Assembly: GCF_041886205.1 (NCBI RefSeq)
Contig: NZ_CP169029.1
Reading direction: 5' to 3' (one strand)
Length of the DNA stretch: 64,000 bases
DNA from: Escherichia coli
GTDB taxonomy: Bacteria > Pseudomonadota > Gammaproteobacteria > Enterobacterales > Enterobacteriaceae
The translations under genes and the position numbers were made by a program. Shown here one piece after another: positions 31,717-42,786 of the stretch. Under the pieces are notes generated by a model. The model was not told where the DNA came from, did not search any database, and was given only the letters and a program-made list of their open reading frames with translations. The number at the start of each line of letters is the position of its first letter. Position 1 is the stretch's first letter.

Positions 31717-33642
31717 TCAATACTGACGAGCTTTTTTCACCTGAGCCTGTGTTTGCTCGGCGGCCTGGCGCACTGCTGGCGACTCTGCCACCTGTGCGTT
31801 GCCGGTTCGCCACCATGACGCGTAATCATGGGTCATGGTTTTTGGTAGCACTTTGATGTCGAGGAGCGTCGGTCCCGGGTGAGCGCGCGAGGCTTCCAGC
31901 GCCGCCAGCAGGCTTTTCTCATTATGTACCCGCCATGCGCGGCAACCGTAGCTTTCCGCGTTTTGCGCAAAATCGACCTTCACCAACGGCCCGTCAAGCT
32001 GACCTGTTTTCGGATTACGGTAACGATTTTCTGTGCCAAAACTCCCCATTCCGTGCCCCATCTGCAGGTTATTAATGCAGCCAAAGCTGGCGTTATCAAA
32101 CAGCAGAATGGTGACCTTAATTCCCTCCTGTACGGCAGTTTGCAGCTCTGAGTGCAGCATCATGTACGAACCATCGCCTACCATGGCATACACCGGCTGC
32201 TGAGGTTTTGCCAGCTTCGCACCAATAGCCGCTGCGACCTCATACCCCATGCAGGAGTAACCATACTCCAGATGGTAACTGTCAGGCGTTTTAACCTGCC
32301 AGAGGCGTTGCAAATCCCCTGGCAGCGATCCGGCCGCCCCCACCACAATGGCGTTATCCTCAATATGCTGGTTAATGAGCCCCAACACCCGCGTCTGGGT
32401 CAGGTGTGTGTTGAGCGTTTCACCGTATTCCATTAGCTGTGCATCAAGGTGCCCTGCCACTTCGGGAACGTCGTCAGGATGCCACTGGCGTTCCCACAGT
32501 CGACAGCATTCATCGTGCCAAGCGGATTTCGCATGGGCAATCGCCTCCCCCCAGCCACTACGATAATCTTTCAGTGCGTGGGTCAACGCTGTCAGACCAG
32601 TTCGGGCATCGGCAATGAGCGCGGTGGCATCCAGCTTCAAGGAGTCAAACTCAGCCACGTTCAGCAGCAGGAACTCGACGTCGGGATGAGAAAAGAGCGC
32701 CTTAGAGCCGGTAGTAAAATCCGTCAGGCGCGTGCCGATGCCAATCACTAAGTCAGCCTGCGGCGCAAGCTGGTTGGCAGCCATTCCGCCCGTCACGCCC
32801 ACCCCGCCCAGATTAAGCGGGTGGTCACTTACCAGCGCCCCCTTACCGGCCTGGGTTTCGGCAAACGGCAATTGCAGCACTTCAACAAATTCCCGTAACG
32901 CCTCATGCGCACCGGAGTAACGCACGCCACCGCCGCACACCACCAGTGGACGGCGCTTGCGGGAAATCAATGCATGAGCCTGCGCCAGTCGCTGCGGGTC
33001 AGGCGGACGGCGTTCAATATGATGCACCCGACGCGCAAAGAAACTCAGGGGGTAATCCCAGGCCTCCCCCTGCACATCCTGAGGTAGGCAAATGGTCACC
33101 GCCCCTGTATTTGCGGGGTCAGTAAGCGTTCGCATCGCACTTAACATCGCGCTCATAAGCTGTTCAGGACGGTTGATGCGGTCCCAGTAGCGGGAAACCG
33201 GGCGGAAGCAATCGTTGGTACTGATGCTGAGATCGTGATACTGCTCGATCTGCTGCAACACGGGGTCAGGCTGGCGGCAGGCGTAGATATCCCCTGGCAG
33301 TAGCAGCAGTGGAATGCGGTTCGCCGTGGCCGTCGCTGCCGCCGTCACCATATTGGCAGCGCCAGGCCCAACGGATGAGGTGACAGCAAAAATACGCTGA
33401 CGGCGATGCTGTTTGGCGAATCCCGTCGCCATATGGGCAATCCCCTGCTCGTTACAGCCTTGCATCACCTGCAGATGACCAGGATCCTGCTCCAGCGCCT
33501 GGCCGATACCGAGCACGTTACCGTGCCCAAAGATCGTTGCCACGCCCTCCACAAAGGGCGTTTCTTTACCATCAACGCTAACATATTGTTGGTTAAGAAA
33601 TCTGACCAGAGCCTGGGCCATAGTCATACGTTCGGTTTGCAT
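31717..33642 (-). CDS. iolD: 3D-(3,5/4)-trihydroxycyclohexane-1,2-dione hydrolase IolD (TPP-dependent)
   Basis: 641 aa; thiamine-diphosphate enzyme motifs (GDGSYMM). Confidence 0.85.
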   Translation of the reverse strand: MQTERMTMAQALVRFLNQQYVSVDGKETPFVEGVATIFGHGNVLGIGQALEQDPGHLQVMQGCNEQGIAHMATGFAKQHRRQRIFAVTSSVGPGAANMVTAAATATANRIPLLLLPGDIYACRQPDPVLQQIEQYHDLSISTNDCFRPVSRYWDRINRPEQLMSAMLSAMRTLTDPANTGAVTICLPQDVQGEAWDYPLSFFARRVHHIERRPPDPQRLAQAHALISRKRRPLVVCGGGVRYSGAHEALREFVEVLQLPFAETQAGKGALVSDHPLNLGGVGVTGGMAANQLAPQADLVIGIGTRLTDFTTGSKALFSHPDVEFLLLNVAEFDSLKLDATALIADARTGLTALTHALKDYRSGWGEAIAHAKSAWHDECCRLWERQWHPDDVPEVAGHLDAQLMEYGETLNTHLTQTRVLGLINQHIEDNAIVVGAAGSLPGDLQRLWQVKTPDSYHLEYGYSCMGYEVAAAIGAKLAKPQQPVYAMVGDGSYMMLHSELQTAVQEGIKVTILLFDNASFGCINNLQMGHGMGSFGTENRYRNPKTGQLDGPLVKVDFAQNAESYGCRAWRVHNEKSLLAALEASRAHPGPTLLDIKVLPKTMTHDYASWWRTGNAQVAESPAVRQAAEQTQAQVKKARQY

Positions 33643-33653
33643 AAAACCCCCTG

Positions 33654-35159
33654 TCAGCCCAGAGTCGGCATGGAGAACGCTGCACCTGTCTCCTGCTGCA
33701 TTTCCGGCCAGCGTGCAGTGATGGTTTTCATTCGGGTGTAGAAACGCACGCCATCGTTCCCGTGAACATTGAGCGCGCCAAAAATGGAACGTTTCCAGCC
33801 ACCGAAACAGTGGAATGCCATTGGCACCGGGATCGGCACGTTGACCCCCACCATACCCGCCTGCACCTCTTCACAAAAGCGGCGTGCGCAGCCACCGTCA
33901 CGGGTGAAAATGGCCGAGCCATTACCATATTCGTGTCGGTTAATCAGATCCACCGCGCTGGCGTAATCTGCTACGCGCACCACAGAAAGCACCGGTCCGA
34001 AAATTTCTTCTTTATAGATGGTCATCTCCGGGGTGACGTTATCGAACAGAGTCGGCCCAACGAAATAGCCCTGCTCGTGCCCTTTCACGCTGAGGCCACG
34101 CCCGTCCACACGCAGGTTAGCCCCCTGAGCTTCGCCACTGTCGATATAGCCCAACACTTTGCTGCGGTGTGCGGCGGAGATCAGCGGCCCCATCTCGTTT
34201 TCTGGCGTCTGGTTCAGGCCAGGTCCGACGCGCAGCGAAGCGATCTTTTTTTCCAGCCGGGCGCAGAGTTCATCAGCCGTTTTATCGCCAACCGCCACCA
34301 CCACGGAAAGCGCCATGCAGCGTTCTCCTGCCGCACCATAAGCTGCGCCCATTATGGCGTTTGTCGCCATATCCATATCGGCATCCGGCATTAAAATGCA
34401 GTGGTTTTTCGCACCGCCGAGCGCCTGACAGCGCTTACCGTGGGCGGACGCAGTCAGGTACATGTATTCGGCAATCGGTGTTGAACCGACAAAACTGACG
34501 GCCTGCACGCGCGGGTCGGTCAGGAGCACATCAACGGATTCTTTATCGCCCTGCACCACGTTGAATACGCCGTCCGGCAGGCCTGCCTCTTTCAGCAGTT
34601 TCGCCAGCGCGAGCGCCAGAGACGGATCTTTTTCCGACGGTTTCAGCACGAAGGTGTTGCCTGTCGCCAGAGCTATCGGGAACATCCACATTGGCACCAT
34701 CGCCGGGAAGTTAAACGGCGTGATCCCGGCGCAGACCCCGAGCGGCTGCATCAGTGAGTGGCTGTCGACACCTGTGCCAACGTTCGCAGAGTGTTCGCCT
34801 TTTTGCAGATGTGGGATGCCGCAGGCGAATTCTACCACTTCCAGACCACGGGTCAGTTCACCTACTGCATCTGAGAAGACCTTACCGTGTTCTTCACTGA
34901 TAATACGGGCCAGACGCACCATATTCTCTTCAAGCAACGCTTTGAAGCGGAACATCACACGCGCGCGCTTGAGTGGAGCAAAACGTGCCCACGCGGGAAA
35001 CGCCAACTGTGCTGCGGCAATCGCCTGTTCGGTTTCCTGTGCCGTACTCATCACCACCTGGCGAATCTGCTCGCCAGTGGCCGGGTTGAAGATAGCCTGA
35101 ATGCGCTGGCCTGAACCGGTGACACATTCGCCGTGAATAAAATTCGCTACCGTCTCCAT
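33654..35159 (-). CDS. iolA: Methylmalonate-semialdehyde dehydrogenase IolA/MmsA
   Basis: 501 aa aldehyde dehydrogenase with catalytic Cys context and FTGST-like motif. Confidence 0.85.
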   Translation of the reverse strand: METVANFIHGECVTGSGQRIQAIFNPATGEQIRQVVMSTAQETEQAIAAAQLAFPAWARFAPLKRARVMFRFKALLEENMVRLARIISEEHGKVFSDAVGELTRGLEVVEFACGIPHLQKGEHSANVGTGVDSHSLMQPLGVCAGITPFNFPAMVPMWMFPIALATGNTFVLKPSEKDPSLALALAKLLKEAGLPDGVFNVVQGDKESVDVLLTDPRVQAVSFVGSTPIAEYMYLTASAHGKRCQALGGAKNHCILMPDADMDMATNAIMGAAYGAAGERCMALSVVVAVGDKTADELCARLEKKIASLRVGPGLNQTPENEMGPLISAAHRSKVLGYIDSGEAQGANLRVDGRGLSVKGHEQGYFVGPTLFDNVTPEMTIYKEEIFGPVLSVVRVADYASAVDLINRHEYGNGSAIFTRDGGCARRFCEEVQAGMVGVNVPIPVPMAFHCFGGWKRSIFGALNVHGNDGVRFYTRMKTITARWPEMQQETGAAFSMPTLG

Positions 35160-35449
35160 CCTTAACCTCTCGCTGTTGATACGTGACTGTTACCTGAACG
35201 TTATGTACTGAACACTATATATGAAACAAATATTCCATTTTAAGTTGAAATAAAATAAATAATGATTATTGTGATCAAGGATGGATTTTTATGTGAACAG
35301 CCAGCATCACTGACTCAGCCTGAGCTATTAGGAGTTTCGGGCGAGGAAATGACTGAAGCTTCTGTTTCATTTTTGCTGCCAGGTGGATGGCCAACATTTA
35401 AAAGACGCGGTTTTGCGTTTAGAATCATGAGACTGGATAGGGGGATAAC

Positions 35450-36310
35450 ATGACGACAGCAACCAGCCTGAACGAACTACAAAAGCAAATCCGCGATCGC
35501 TACGATAGCCTGAGCAAAAGGCTGCAGCAGGTCTCCCGCTATGTACTGGATAATACGAACAGTGTCGCGTTTGATACGGTTGCGGTCATAGCCGAACGTG
35601 CCGATGTTCCACCCTCTACACTGATTCGTTTTGCCAATGCCTTTGACTTCACCGGCTTCAACGAAATGAAACAGTTATTTCGTATGCACCTGGTGGAGGA
35701 AACCGCCAGCTACAGCGATCGTGCGCGACTGTTCCGCGAAATGGAGAGCGAAGCCGTACCTGAAACGCCGCTCGATATTTTGCAGGAGTTCGCCAGTTCG
35801 AACTCGCAGGCGCTGCAGCAGTTGGCTGCCCGCGCCGAACCGGAGATGCTGGAGCACGCCGTACAACTACTGGCCTACGCCGACACCATTTACATCGCCG
35901 GATTACGCAGATCCTTTAGCATTGCTGCTTATCTTACCTATGCTTTAAGCCACCTAGAGTGCCGCCCTATTCTGCTTGACGGGATGGGCGGCATGCTGCG
36001 CGAACAGATCAGCCGTATTAAGGCGTGCGACATTGTGGTGTCGATCAGTTTCTCGCCGTACGCGGAAGAAACGGTGATGGTCAGCAAAACCGCCGCCAGC
36101 GTCGGCGCTCGGCAGATTGTGATTACGGATAGCCAGATCAGCCCACTGGCAACGTTCAGTGATCTCTGCTTTGTGGTGAAAGAGGCTCAGGTGGACGCAT
36201 TTCGGTCTCAGTCGGCAACATTGTGTCTGGTGCAGTCGTTAGTGGTCGCGCTAGCTTACCGTTTAGGAGATAAAAAACATAATAATACCCAGGAAAACAG
36301 TAACCAATAA
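35450..36310 (+). CDS. iolR: RpiR/MurR-family transcriptional regulator IolR (HTH + SIS domain)
   Basis: 286 aa; divergent from iolA. Confidence 0.75.
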   Translation: MTTATSLNELQKQIRDRYDSLSKRLQQVSRYVLDNTNSVAFDTVAVIAERADVPPSTLIRFANAFDFTGFNEMKQLFRMHLVEETASYSDRARLFREMESEAVPETPLDILQEFASSNSQALQQLAARAEPEMLEHAVQLLAYADTIYIAGLRRSFSIAAYLTYALSHLECRPILLDGMGGMLREQISRIKACDIVVSISFSPYAEETVMVSKTAASVGARQIVITDSQISPLATFSDLCFVVKEAQVDAFRSQSATLCLVQSLVVALAYRLGDKKHNNTQENSNQ

Positions 36311-36504
36311 TAACCAATGAACTCCTCCCCCGAGTCCATATAAGAGTAAATGATTCGGTGCCAGTAGCGATACAGACTTCAGATTGAATATCAACTGTAC
36401 TGCTATCTCCCTAAAAGGTCATGCCCCATGTGAGCGTACAACGAGAGCCTTAATCCTTAATAGCGAAGAAGATTTCTCTAGTAGGTGGTAATGTAACCCA
36501 GATA

Positions 36505-36898
36505 TAACGGCTTCTTTAAACAGTTTATTTACCATCGTTTTCTTACCTAGCAGGCGCTGAAGTTCTTTAATTTTATTCATGGCGGCAGCAAGTTCAGAGG
36601 CCGGAATACCCTGTTCTTCGGCTGTCACAGTAGTGAAGCTTCCTTCAAGGTAATGATACGCCAGAGAAATAACTGGCTGGCAGCCACACCGTGTTGCCGG
36701 GCAACAAGGGAGACCGTCATTCCCGGTTCAAAACTCTGCTGAACAATAGCGATCTTTTCCTGTGTAGTACGCCGTCTGCGTTTCTCCGGTCCTAAGACAT
36801 CAATCATCTGCTCTCCAATGACTAGTCTAAAAACTAGTATTAAGACTATCACTTATTTAAGTGATACTGGTTGTCTGGAGATTCAGGGGGCCAGTCTA
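36505..36898 (-). mobile_element. IS2 remnant (left end with partial orfA/insC)
   Basis: Terminal sequence TAGACTGGCCCCCTGAATCTCCAGACAACCAGTATCACTTAAATAAGTGATAGTCTTAATACTAG (reverse complement) and orfA translation [50 protein letters not shown]; homology is lost after ~KEAV. Confidence 0.65.
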
Positions 36899-37328
36899 TA
36901 CACTACCTCAGGTAGATGATGAGATCAGATACAGGGATCAACTGACGGTGAGCGCAGGCCCGCGAGTGCCCTGATTTAGCGCTGGTTTTGCTTTCCCATC
37001 GAAGGGCCCATACATCATCACGCCCGCGAAACAGTCGACAAAATAACGCAACTTTCTCATCCGTGGATAATACGGAAACGCACTGCACAGGACTCTGCGG
37101 TTTACGTCACCATTCAATCCCATAAGCTTCAAGTTATGTTTGCCCTCAGTGCAGCTAATTCATCACTGTCAGATTTATGAACCATAGTCGTTACCTGTAT
37201 CCGATCCACTGAGGCACCACGGCAGAAATTCGGGTCCCCTACACTGATGACAAAGCCGCCCTCTTCTGCCTATTAACTCAAGCACCTCCCAACAACTTAC
37301 AGAAACTTAATCCTAATACAACTGTAAT

Positions 37329-37892
37329 TCAGTTGTGTCGTGGTCGGCCGCGGTTGCTTTTTTCGGGAAGCCTGCTACGGCCCAGAATAATACCGTGTTC
37401 TTTCTGATCCTGTTTAGCCAGATAGCTAAGGGCGTAACGTAAGTTGTCTACCGCGGACTTATCACTATAGTGCATCACGTGATCGATACGCACCGGGTAT
37501 TTGTCTTTAGCCCGGCAAAGGTGAAAGTAACCCTCCCCTTCCGTGATCTGCCTCCAGATATCTCCCAGTTGCCTGGATATCTGATAAGAGTTCTTGTGAC
37601 GTTGCCCATCCAGGTAGCCGACAAAATGAATATGAAGCCCTTTGTTTTGTGTATATTCCATTACCCAGTAATATCCCGCCAACATCGATTGGGTTTCGCT
37701 AAGTAAGCGGTATATTTCCATACACATACTGTGCTTACAGCCATGACCAAAACTGGGCGTGTCTTTCCTGTAGGCAAAATCAATTCTGAAAGGTAACAGT
37801 TTAGAAAAACGTTGAAACAGACCTTCCATGTGTTCATTCACGTCTTTCAGAATCATGAAGTCCATTTCGTAATTGGGATTAGCATTATACAT
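37329..37892 (-). CDS. YagK/YfjJ-family (inovirus Gp2-like) protein
   Basis: 187 aa; motif GLHIHFVGYLDG; typical partner of AlpA/YfjI in CP4-57-like elements. Confidence 0.65.
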   Translation of the reverse strand: MYNANPNYEMDFMILKDVNEHMEGLFQRFSKLLPFRIDFAYRKDTPSFGHGCKHSMCMEIYRLLSETQSMLAGYYWVMEYTQNKGLHIHFVGYLDGQRHKNSYQISRQLGDIWRQITEGEGYFHLCRAKDKYPVRIDHVMHYSDKSAVDNLRYALSYLAKQDQKEHGIILGRSRLPEKSNRGRPRHN

Positions 37893-38858
37893 TTTATAGT
37901 CCTTACTTTATAAAACTGACAGGAAAGTGGAATTACATAAATACTGAGAGTACAGAAACGCCGTACCGCGGCATTAATAAACGAGGTAACCAGCAGCACA
38001 GACAACCTGATAAAACTGTTTCGTATTACCTCATTACAGTAATAGGGTAATGATTCAGAATACAGTAAGACTCTCTTAAACTGAGGACCAGAACGAATTA
38101 CAATAAAAAACACACCTCATATAATTGAGTTTAAGAAAGCACCATTCAATTACTTACAGGAAATAATCTGATCTTCACAAAAGTCAGCATTGAATAGCCA
38201 CAGGCAACATCGCTATTAGTATTGCCGTACCATTAAGTAAAAACAGAGACTCTGCAGAGAGAGCCTACAGATATTTAATCTCACAATAAGAAGATTATTT
38301 CATACAGAAAAGATTATATTTACCCATAAACTGTAACGGAGCTATAACGTACGAACTAAAGACAATATACTCTAATAGTGTTCTGGTACGTAACTAGTAT
38401 TAAATACAAACCAGACATACATTCAGTGGATTAACTTTCTCAATATTACGCTATAAGTGTAGTAACATAATTTACACATAACTAAACTCCATACACCACC
38501 ACACTGTAGTGTATGGAGATATATGTATTACGCACATACAGAATACTTAGCATAAAGAGGAGTGATATTACGATAGAAAGAGATAAGACAACATAACAGA
38601 TAACATAACTCCCATTAATAATACTAATTAACCTAAATTATTTATTGAACACGAAAACAATGAAGGCCCCACCTCACCTCAGACTAAAGCCGACAATATC
38701 CTGAGCAACACTCTATCCAATAGTAAATAGTGGTTACACCAGTTATATTTACTGACTGACCTGTACCAGAGTTTTCTAATACAACGCTGACATGGTAAAG
38801 ACATTAGTCTCCTCCGCAAGTAGCAGAGGAGACTATATGTACTCAACGATTAAGTCGT

Positions 38859-39176
38859 TCAGAGGTCAAAGTTAGGTGCGACACACAACGTTTTTCCCTC
38901 AATAACCGGTACAACTCTGTTTTGTTCATACAGTAAATCCAGTAACCAGTTGATTTTATCCTTTTTCCGGAAACGGTTCGGACCACGCTGTAAAATGTCA
39001 TTTTTTTTCATACAGAGGATCCCCTTCTCAATACAATAGCTTTTTATCCAGTTGAAAAGTTCAAGCTCCTCTGGAATGAGTCGCACAGGTACGGTCAGGG
39101 CAGAGTTGTCAAAAGTTAACGGATTAGACAACCGCACATACTCATTACCGTACCATATTGCTAATTCTCTCGCCAT
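38859..39176 (-). pseudogene. DUF3987 (YfjI-like) gene, C-terminal fragment, disrupted by IS186
   Basis: Frame continues from the IS186 junction. Confidence 0.5.
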
Positions 39177-39202
39177 TTCTGCAGTGTAAGGGGAAATATC
39201 CC

Positions 39203-40541
39203 CATAAGCGCTAACTTAAGGGTTGTGGTATTACGCCTGATATGATTTAACGTGCCGATGAATTACTCTCACGATAACTGGTCAGCAATTCTGGCCCATA
39301 TTGGTAAGCCCGAAGAACTGGATACTTCGGCACGTAATGCCGGGGCTCTAACCCGCCGCCGCGAAATTCGTGATGCTGCAACTCTGCTACGTCTGGGGCT
39401 GGCTTACGGCCCCGGGGGGATGTCATTACGTGAAGTCACTGCATGGGCTCAGCTCCATGACGTTGCAACATTATCTGACGTGGCTCTCCTGAAGCGGCTG
39501 CGGAATGCCGCCGACTGGTTTGGCATACTTGCCGCACAAACACTTGCTGTACGCGCCGCAGTTACGGGTTGTACAAGCGGAAAGAGATTGCGTCTTGTCG
39601 ATGGAACAGCAATCAGTGCGCCCGGGGGCGGCAGCGCTGAATGGCGACTACATATGGGATATGATCCTCATACCTGTCAGTTCACTGATTTTGAGCTAAC
39701 CGACAGCAGAGACGCTGAACGGCTGGACCGATTTGCGCAAACGGCAGACGAGATACGCATTGCTGACCGGGGATTCGGTTCGCGTCCCGAATGTATCCGC
39801 TCACTTGCTTTTGGAGAAGCTGATTATATCGTCCGGGTTCACTGGCGAGGATTGCGCTGGTTAACTGCAGAAGGAATGCGCTTTGACATGATGGGTTTTC
39901 TGCGCGGGCTGGATTGCGGTAAGAACGGTGAAACCACTGTAATGATAGGCAATTCAGGTAATAAAAAAGCCGGAGCTCCCTTTCCGGCACGTCTCATTGC
40001 CGTATCACTTCCTCCCGAAAAAGCATTAATCAGTAAAACCCGACTGCTCAGCGAGAATCGTCGAAAAGGACGAGTAGTTCAGGCGGAAACGCTGGAAGCA
40101 GCGGGCCATGTGCTATTGCTAACATCATTACCGGAAGATGAATATTCAGCAGAGCAAGTGGCTGATTGTTACCGTCTGCGATGGCAAATTGAACTGGCTT
40201 TTAAGCGGCTCAAAAGTTTGCTGCACCTGGATGCTTTGCGTGCAAAGGAACCTGAACTCGCGAAAGCGTGGATATTTGCTAATCTACTCGCCGCATTTTT
40301 AATTGACGACATAATCCAGCCATCGCTGGATTTCCCCCCCAGAAGTGCCGGATCCGAAAAGAAGAACTAACTCGTTGTGGAGAATAACAAAAATGGTCAT
40401 CTGGAGCTTACAGGTGGCCATTCGTGGGACAGTATCCCTGACAGCCTACAAAACGCAATTGAAGAACGCGAGGCATCGTCTTAACGAGGCACCGAGGCGT
40501 CGCATTCTTCAGATGGTTCAACCCTTAAGTTAGCGCTTATG
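39203..40541 (+). mobile_element. IS186 (IS4 family) with 11-bp target duplication GGAAATATCCC
   Basis: 23-bp inverted repeats CATAAGCGCTAACTTAAGGGTTG at 39203-39225 and 40519-40541; direct repeats at 39192-39202 and 40542-40552. Confidence 0.85.
39252..40370 (+). CDS. insL: IS186 transposase (InsL)
   Basis: 372 aa; translation MNYSHDNWSAILAHIGKPEELDTSARNAGALTRRREIRDAATLLRLGLAYG... matches my recollection of IS186 InsL. Confidence 0.85.
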   Translation: MPMNYSHDNWSAILAHIGKPEELDTSARNAGALTRRREIRDAATLLRLGLAYGPGGMSLREVTAWAQLHDVATLSDVALLKRLRNAADWFGILAAQTLAVRAAVTGCTSGKRLRLVDGTAISAPGGGSAEWRLHMGYDPHTCQFTDFELTDSRDAERLDRFAQTADEIRIADRGFGSRPECIRSLAFGEADYIVRVHWRGLRWLTAEGMRFDMMGFLRGLDCGKNGETTVMIGNSGNKKAGAPFPARLIAVSLPPEKALISKTRLLSENRRKGRVVQAETLEAAGHVLLLTSLPEDEYSAEQVADCYRLRWQIELAFKRLKSLLHLDALRAKEPELAKAWIFANLLAAFLIDDIIQPSLDFPPRSAGSEKKN

Positions 40542-41660
40542 GGAAATATCCCCCTCTTCACCGCTCGAATGGTAAATAAGTCCTGCCAGTCTTGCCATAT
40601 ACTCTGCATTTTTAGCAGCATATTCCCGGCAATGTCTTAAAGGCCCCAATCCCCCCAGCTTCGATTCCACATCATTGTAATAATCCGTCCAGATTCTGGC
40701 AGCCTGAGGAGAAAAGTGAAGGCAACGTCGTTCACCACTCATCGCCAGACTTTCATCAATAAGCTCATTGATCCTCTCTTCAAACAAATCCTGATACTGT
40801 GATGAATAATTATCTCCGGTTATTATCCTTGTCCCCTGCGTTGATGTTGGTTGACACATCAAAAACCTTGCATGATGTCCTGACGTTTTCACAATTTCTT
40901 TTTTTCGCGTACAAAAACCTTTGTGGTAAACATCAGGCTGAATCATCACCGATATCGTCAGTCTTGGCTCCTTCAAATTAATTCCGGGAGATGATTTCCT
41001 GTCGATGAAAAGAGAACCTCCATCCCACAAAGTGTTAATAATTCCCAGTTTACTCATGGCCCGGCTGTCAAAAATTACCCCCCCTTCACTGGATACAAGA
41101 GCAAAAGAGCGATTGCTGTCGGAATAATATTTTAACATTCCCTCTATCGTTGTCTCATTAAAAATTGTTCGACGTATCTGCGGCGGAACAGGAGGTTTAT
41201 TCAGATGCGTTTCAAGCTCTGATTCTGTTGCCTTGTAATCTTTACCGGCACGAATCTCTTTATGAAATTTTGATTCCAGCGCTTTTTGTTTTTGCTCCCA
41301 TATTTCCTTTTCTGTACTGTAATTCTCAACCAGTTTCGCGTATTCTTCCGCCAGGGCTTCATCCCTGAGATAAAATGCTTTCATAAACACTTTATCCACG
41401 GTCGTTTTCCTTTCACCGGAATCAGCCAGAATCAGAGAGTAAAGATTAACAGGCCCATGTAAATTTCCAGGTCTGCACACGTCAATCTGATTCTGACAGG
41501 CAATTGAGATCGCTGTTAATGCGGATGTTGCCACCATAGCCAAAGGTGCCTGTGTATTTTTTTGAGTTTCAATTATTGCATTTCTCACCAGCGGTGGTAG
41601 TGCATATATCGGATAAGGATTTTCTGGTGCAAGTAAGCACATAAAAGCCTCTCTTTTCAT
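40530..41660 (-). pseudogene. DUF3987 (YfjI-like) gene, N-terminal 376 codons, disrupted by IS186
   Basis: Resembles CP4-57 YfjI; frame ends inside the IS186 terminal repeat. Confidence 0.55.
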
Positions 41661-41860
41661 TAATGGGTTAGTAAAATAGCAGCAAATCCCGCTACAATAG
41701 CGAAAATAGCTGCTATTCAGACCTGATGCTCTGAGAAATACAGAGCATTTGTAGATCTGATGTTTAATAAACCGATAAGGTTAATTCAGTGAAGACTGTA
41801 TTATTCACCACGAAATATCATTCATATTTCTCATTCTTAATACCTCCAGAAATTATTTCA

Positions 41861-42200
41861 CTAATACCTTTCCCCCGGTCTTTTCCCTTTCTCCAGAACC
41901 ATAGTGTAAATATTAACGGCCCCACGTAAATTTCCGGGACTGCATACGTCAACCTGATTCTGACAGGCAATTGACATCGCTGTTAATACTGACATTGCAA
42001 CCAGAGTCAGAGGTACTTGTTTATTGTATTGAGCTTTAATTATTGCCTTCCCTATCATTGATGGTCATGCATATACTGAATACGGCATATCCGGTTTGAT
42101 GTAAGACATAAATGCTTCCTTTTTCGTAATACGTTTCGGTTATAGCAGCAATTACCGCTACAATAGCGACAATAGCTGCTCTTTCAACAATGAATGCTGG
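41861..42200 (-). repeat. Degenerate tandem duplicate of the yfjI-like 5' end and upstream region
   Basis: 41900-42190 aligns with 41440-41700; the 65-aa ORF 41861..42058 repeats the N-terminal motif (...SIACQNQVDVCSPGNL...). Confidence 0.55.
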
Positions 42201-42284
42201 AAATTCTGTTTATCAATTAAACTTCTGGATAAATTGTTCTTATGCTTCTTTTTCCTCCTGAGGTGATCACGTGATGACAAAAAC

Positions 42285-42593
42285 TTATCTGCTCATGGTC
42301 ATATCTGAAGAAAGCGTATGTCGCACTTCGTCATTAACACCTTTGACTGCTGATCTGGCAGGTACAGTATGTAAAGTAAGCCATTCGTCAATAGCTGATG
42401 AACGCCAGCCCACAGAACCACTACCAAGACGTACCGGCCTGGGGAAGGTTGCATCGTAGTATTTCGATAACGGATTCATTTTTTCGTAAATTGTCGAACG
42501 AGATATACCTAACAATTGGCTCAGTTCAGGCATCCGTAAGATGCGTGAAGGAGTCCAGCAGTATCCGGATTGATCTGGCATTTTATCCCCCAT
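42285..42593 (-). CDS. alpA: AlpA-family phage regulatory protein
   Basis: Motif RILRMPELSQLLGISRSTIYEKMN...YDATFPRPVRLGSGSVGWRSSAIDEWL. Confidence 0.7.
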   Translation of the reverse strand: MGDKMPDQSGYCWTPSRILRMPELSQLLGISRSTIYEKMNPLSKYYDATFPRPVRLGSGSVGWRSSAIDEWLTLHTVPARSAVKGVNDEVRHTLSSDMTMSR

Positions 42594-42786
42594 AGTGTGG
42601 TGAACTGTCGTTACAGTTTGTATTCCCCGGGTAAATTTGTCTGCGTAAAAAAATGGGCTGAGCAAAAAGACAATAAATAATTAAAAATCAATACGATAGA
42701 AAACAACAGCATTATTGTTATTTTACTTTCACCTTATCGCTGTCGATTCTCATTATCATTCATTGGTAAAAAACAGCAAAAGAGGC

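Noticed and set aside
23833-35127. Numerous plus-strand ORFs (up to 297 aa, for example 24198..25091, 27473..28261, 28666..29421, 29425..30228) across the iol operon
   Set aside because: All are antisense to strongly supported minus-strand iol and ABC transporter genes in GC-rich DNA; there is no independent support
36903-37132. Two overlapping minus-strand ORFs of 61 and 64 aa right of the IS2 remnant
   Set aside because: No start context, no motifs, located in junction debris; possibly relics of a decayed island gene but not supportable
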